In this document: piece after piece, positions 44,629 through 46,909 of the stretch
How positions within the stretch are numbered: the stretch's first letter is position 1
Layout of the letters: every line of letters starts with the position of its first letter
Source: Calditrichota bacterium
GTDB lineage: Bacteria > Zhuqueibacterota > Zhuqueibacteria > JANLFK01 > Oleimicrobiaceae
Assembly: GCA_014359355.1 (NCBI GenBank)
Contig: JACIZP010000257.1
Span: forward strand, 1 to 46,909
DNA: 46,909 nt
Reading direction: 5' to 3'
Program-made: the position numbers and the translations under genes
The notes under the pieces: generated by a model
The model's database searches: none
Told to the model about the DNA's origin: nothing
Seen by the model: only the letters and a program-made list of their open reading frames with translations

Positions 44629-45819
44629 GTGAACCCAGAACAGTTCCGCAAAAGCACGTCCGGTCAGGTCGTCCGTGTGGGACAGGGTGAGGCTGCTTAT
44701 TGGGCCTTTGTCCCTCATCCGCTGCCGCCGAGTCTGCCGGCGGATTGGGAGTTGACCCGCGCCCTTTCGGAGGCCGACCGCGCCCTGAGCGAACTGGCCG
44801 GTCTGGGGCGCACCATGCCCAATCCCCACTTGCTGATCGGGCCGTTCGTGCGCCGTGAGGCTGTGCTTTCCTCGCGCATCGAGGGCACGCAGGCCAACAT
44901 TGCCGATCTGTACGCTTACGAGGTCGGCCAGTTGCCGTTGCCCGGCCTGGAAGCGCCGCCCGAAGCGGATGTGCGCGAGGTGCTCAACTATGTCAACGCT
45001 CTGGAGTACGGCCTGAAGCGCCTGGAGACCCTGCCGGTCAGCCTGCGCCTGATGCGCGAACTGCACGAACGGCTGCTGGCCGGTGTGCGCGGTGAGCACG
45101 CCACGGCAGGCGAGTTCCGCCGCTCCCAGAACTGGATCGGCCCGCCGGGGTGCACCCTGAACGAGGCCACTTTTGTCCCGCCGCCGGTCCCGCAGATGCA
45201 CGAAGCTCTGGACGCTCTGGAAAAATACTTGCACGGCGACGATGTGTATCCACCACTCTTGCGCCTGGCGCTGGTTCACTATCAGTTCGAGGCCATTCAT
45301 CCCTTCGTGGACGGCAACGGGCGGATTGGGCGTTTGCTTCTGTCGCTATTGCTTGTCCAGTGGAGGCTGTTGCCGCTGCCGTTGCTCTACCTGAGCGCCT
45401 ATTTCTATCGCCACCGCCAGGACTACTATGACCTGCTCTTGGGGGTAAGTGCACGGGGCGCGTGGCGTGATTGGCTGCTCTTTTTCCTGCGCGGCGTGGC
45501 TGAGCAGGCGGGGGATGCCGCAGCGCGCGCCAAGAAACTGCAGGACTTGCAGGAAGAATGGCGTGCCCGCCTGACCCAGGCGCGGACCTCTGTTCTGACT
45601 TTGCGTCTGGCGGATTCGCTTTTTGCCAACCCAATCCTTACGATTCCACAAGCCAAGCGCTTGCTCCAGGTTGGCTCTTATCACAGCGCGCAAAAGAATG
45701 TGGAAAAACTGGTGAGCGCCGGCATCCTGCATCCGGCGGAAGAAGCGGCTTATGGCAAGACGTACATAGCCGCCGAGATTTTGCGCATCATCCACGACGA
45801 GTTTCAAGATACGGGGTAA
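44629..45819 (+). CDS. Fic-family protein (AMPylase-type) with an intrinsic inhibitory helix and C-terminal winged-helix region
   Basis: Canonical HPFVDGNGRIGR active-site motif. N-terminal SSRIEGT matches the (S/T)xxxE(G/N) auto-inhibition motif. 396 aa. GTG start after GGTGAGG. Confidence 0.9.
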   Translation: MNPEQFRKSTSGQVVRVGQGEAAYWAFVPHPLPPSLPADWELTRALSEADRALSELAGLGRTMPNPHLLIGPFVRREAVLSSRIEGTQANIADLYAYEVGQLPLPGLEAPPEADVREVLNYVNALEYGLKRLETLPVSLRLMRELHERLLAGVRGEHATAGEFRRSQNWIGPPGCTLNEATFVPPPVPQMHEALDALEKYLHGDDVYPPLLRLALVHYQFEAIHPFVDGNGRIGRLLLSLLLVQWRLLPLPLLYLSAYFYRHRQDYYDLLLGVSARGAWRDWLLFFLRGVAEQAGDAAARAKKLQDLQEEWRARLTQARTSVLTLRLADSLFANPILTIPQAKRLLQVGSYHSAQKNVEKLVSAGILHPAEEAAYGKTYIAAEILRIIHDEFQDTG

Positions 45820-45849
45820 AATTGCACTTTTTGGTCGAAAAGTGCAATT
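45820..45849. repeat. perfect 12-bp inverted repeat immediately after the Fic stop codon
   Basis: AATTGCACTTTT-TGGTCG-AAAAGTGCAATT. A third AATTGCAC box lies at 45861..45868. Confidence 0.6.
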
Positions 45850-46046
45850 CTGGCCCGTTGAATTGCACAAAAGTACAAATCTGGATTCGCAAAGGATACC
45901 AAGTAGGATCCCTTCGTGGCCTTAGTGTCCTTCGTGGTTTTTGATTCCGGCTTGTCTGGGTTAGGAGTGGGTCATTTGTTTCTGCCCTGGATGCCGCACT
46001 GGGGGAGAATGGTCAGCAATAGACACGGTGCGATTCATAATGGGCC

Positions 46047-46110
<64 letters not shown>

Positions 46111-46129
46111 GCATTACGGTTCCAGGAGA

Positions 46130-46567
46130 ATGAGCCTCCCGTTTTGGAAGAACCTGTGGAACGCGCTCGTAGCTTCAGAGGAGCAGCTTTCGGAGGCCGG
46201 CGTTCGAGGCTTGCTGGCACATCTGCCACAAGTCGACACGGAGACCCTGCAGTTTTTCGAGCCTCCCTGTCGGGTCATGATCGGACATGAAGTTTTTGTT
46301 CCGCATGTTCTCGGCGAGTTTCGCGATCCTTCCGTCGCCATCGTCTACGGGGAGGGGCGTGGGCACGCGTTCGTGCGCGTGAGCACGGTCGCGAATGTCG
46401 CTGGCAGGCTACCGCCCCATGCTCGGACCCTGGGTCCGCTGGTTCGCGCGCTAGACCACCAAGGCTTTCGCGTGAAAAACATACGGCACTTCGTCTGTGA
46501 AGTGTCGAGCGCCTCGCGAGGCGCTGCAACTGACCGCTATTCCGCTGCGCCCCATAGCGACAGGTAA
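46130..46567 (+). CDS. hypothetical cassette-filling ORF (145 aa)
   Basis: ATG directly after AGGAGA, and the ORF spans almost the whole interval between attC copy 2 and the next GTTAGGC core. Codon usage is unconvincing, and a 63-aa minus-strand ORF (46175..46366) looks at least as coding-like. Confidence 0.35.
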   Translation: MSLPFWKNLWNALVASEEQLSEAGVRGLLAHLPQVDTETLQFFEPPCRVMIGHEVFVPHVLGEFRDPSVAIVYGEGRGHAFVRVSTVANVAGRLPPHARTLGPLVRALDHQGFRVKNIRHFVCEVSSASRGAATDRYSAAPHSDR

Positions 46568-46823
46568 GCTTGGCCGTTAGGCCAAAAGCCGAGGAGGGAT
46601 CCACGAATCGAGCAAGGTGGGAGTAGATTGTTAAGAAGTACTCGGAGCCTATCTGTTTTGGTCGTATTCAAGAATGCGCGACATCATCTAAGTGGCCCGA
46701 GCAAAGAAATCGACGAGGATCTTCCTGTTCCGGAAAACAAAGATGGAAGTAGCGTTGCAGCCATTGGGAGAACTAGGTAAGATTGCAGGGTTCAGAACAT
46801 CGTGATATGCAAAGAGATGTTTC

Positions 46824-46909
46824 ATGATCGAGTACGAGTTTTCGGAACACGCTTATGAGATGCTGAGGGAACTGAACATTCAGGAGTCCTGGGTGAAGTT
46901 GGCTATAGA
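46824..46909 (+). CDS. DUF4258-like toxin, N-terminal fragment (runs off the window)
   Basis: MIEYEFSEHAYEMLRELNIQESWVKLAI matches the DUF4258 opening pattern (I.F..HA...M.ER.I....V). It lies in a stretch of visibly lower GC. Confidence 0.5.
   Translation, partial: MIEYEFSEHAYEMLRELNIQESWVKLAI

Noticed and set aside
46524-46582. A complete third attC site (59 bp) from CTGCAAC to GTTAGGC.
   Set aside because: Only the right-hand core and its flank (GCCGTTAGGC) match the other two copies. The arms are asymmetric (4 nt versus 16 nt between the cores and the CGCTAT/ATAGCG helix), and AAC/GTT is the only end pairing. I keep it as a possible degenerate site, mentioned under the integron finding.

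Overview
GC-rich bacterial chromosomal window with about 40 credible CDS and 2 tRNAs. Two secreted proteins end in T9SS-type C-terminal sorting domains and a DUF3098-like gene is present. This suggests the Fibrobacteres-Chlorobi-Bacteroidetes superphylum; I attempt no finer placement. Contents from left to right:
- Membrane, DMT and PAS-kinase genes.
- A 1941-aa C25 (gingipain-like) T9SS cargo with two ILEI/FAM3-like modules, followed by GT4, WecA/MraY-type transferase and epimerase genes.
- A nine-gene minus-strand string: CYTH-like, CYTH, SLC13, DUF47, a PiT broken by an in-frame TAG, an OprO/P porin, lamin-tail-domain (LTD) proteins and a YjiK-like propeller. It is preceded by an exact sigma-54 -24/-12 element and faces a PhnD-like / histidine kinase / NtrC-type regulator operon.
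- A ParB-like plus SPL-type radical SAM gene pair.
- A plus-strand run of AGCS symporter, GIY-YIG, a second SPL/COG1533-type radical SAM, an Fpg/Nei-like protein lacking the catalytic N-terminus, and leuCD.
- tRNA-Val and tRNA-Asp, then housekeeping genes (serine hydrolase, AmpG-like MFS, rocD).
- At the right end, two 64-bp integron attC-like hairpins bracketing a 1.9-kb cassette (RadC N-terminal fragment plus Fic), then further cassette-like DNA and the start of a DUF4258 toxin gene.

Best candidates for something new:
1. The attC-bounded cassette region, with no integrase in view.
2. The ParB-like / SPL radical SAM pair and the nearby radical SAM / GIY-YIG / degenerate Fpg cluster.
3. The sigma-54 / PhnD-sensor-linked phosphate-scavenging locus with LTD proteins.
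4. The C25-ILEI giant protein.

All family calls come from motif recognition by eye. No searches were run.
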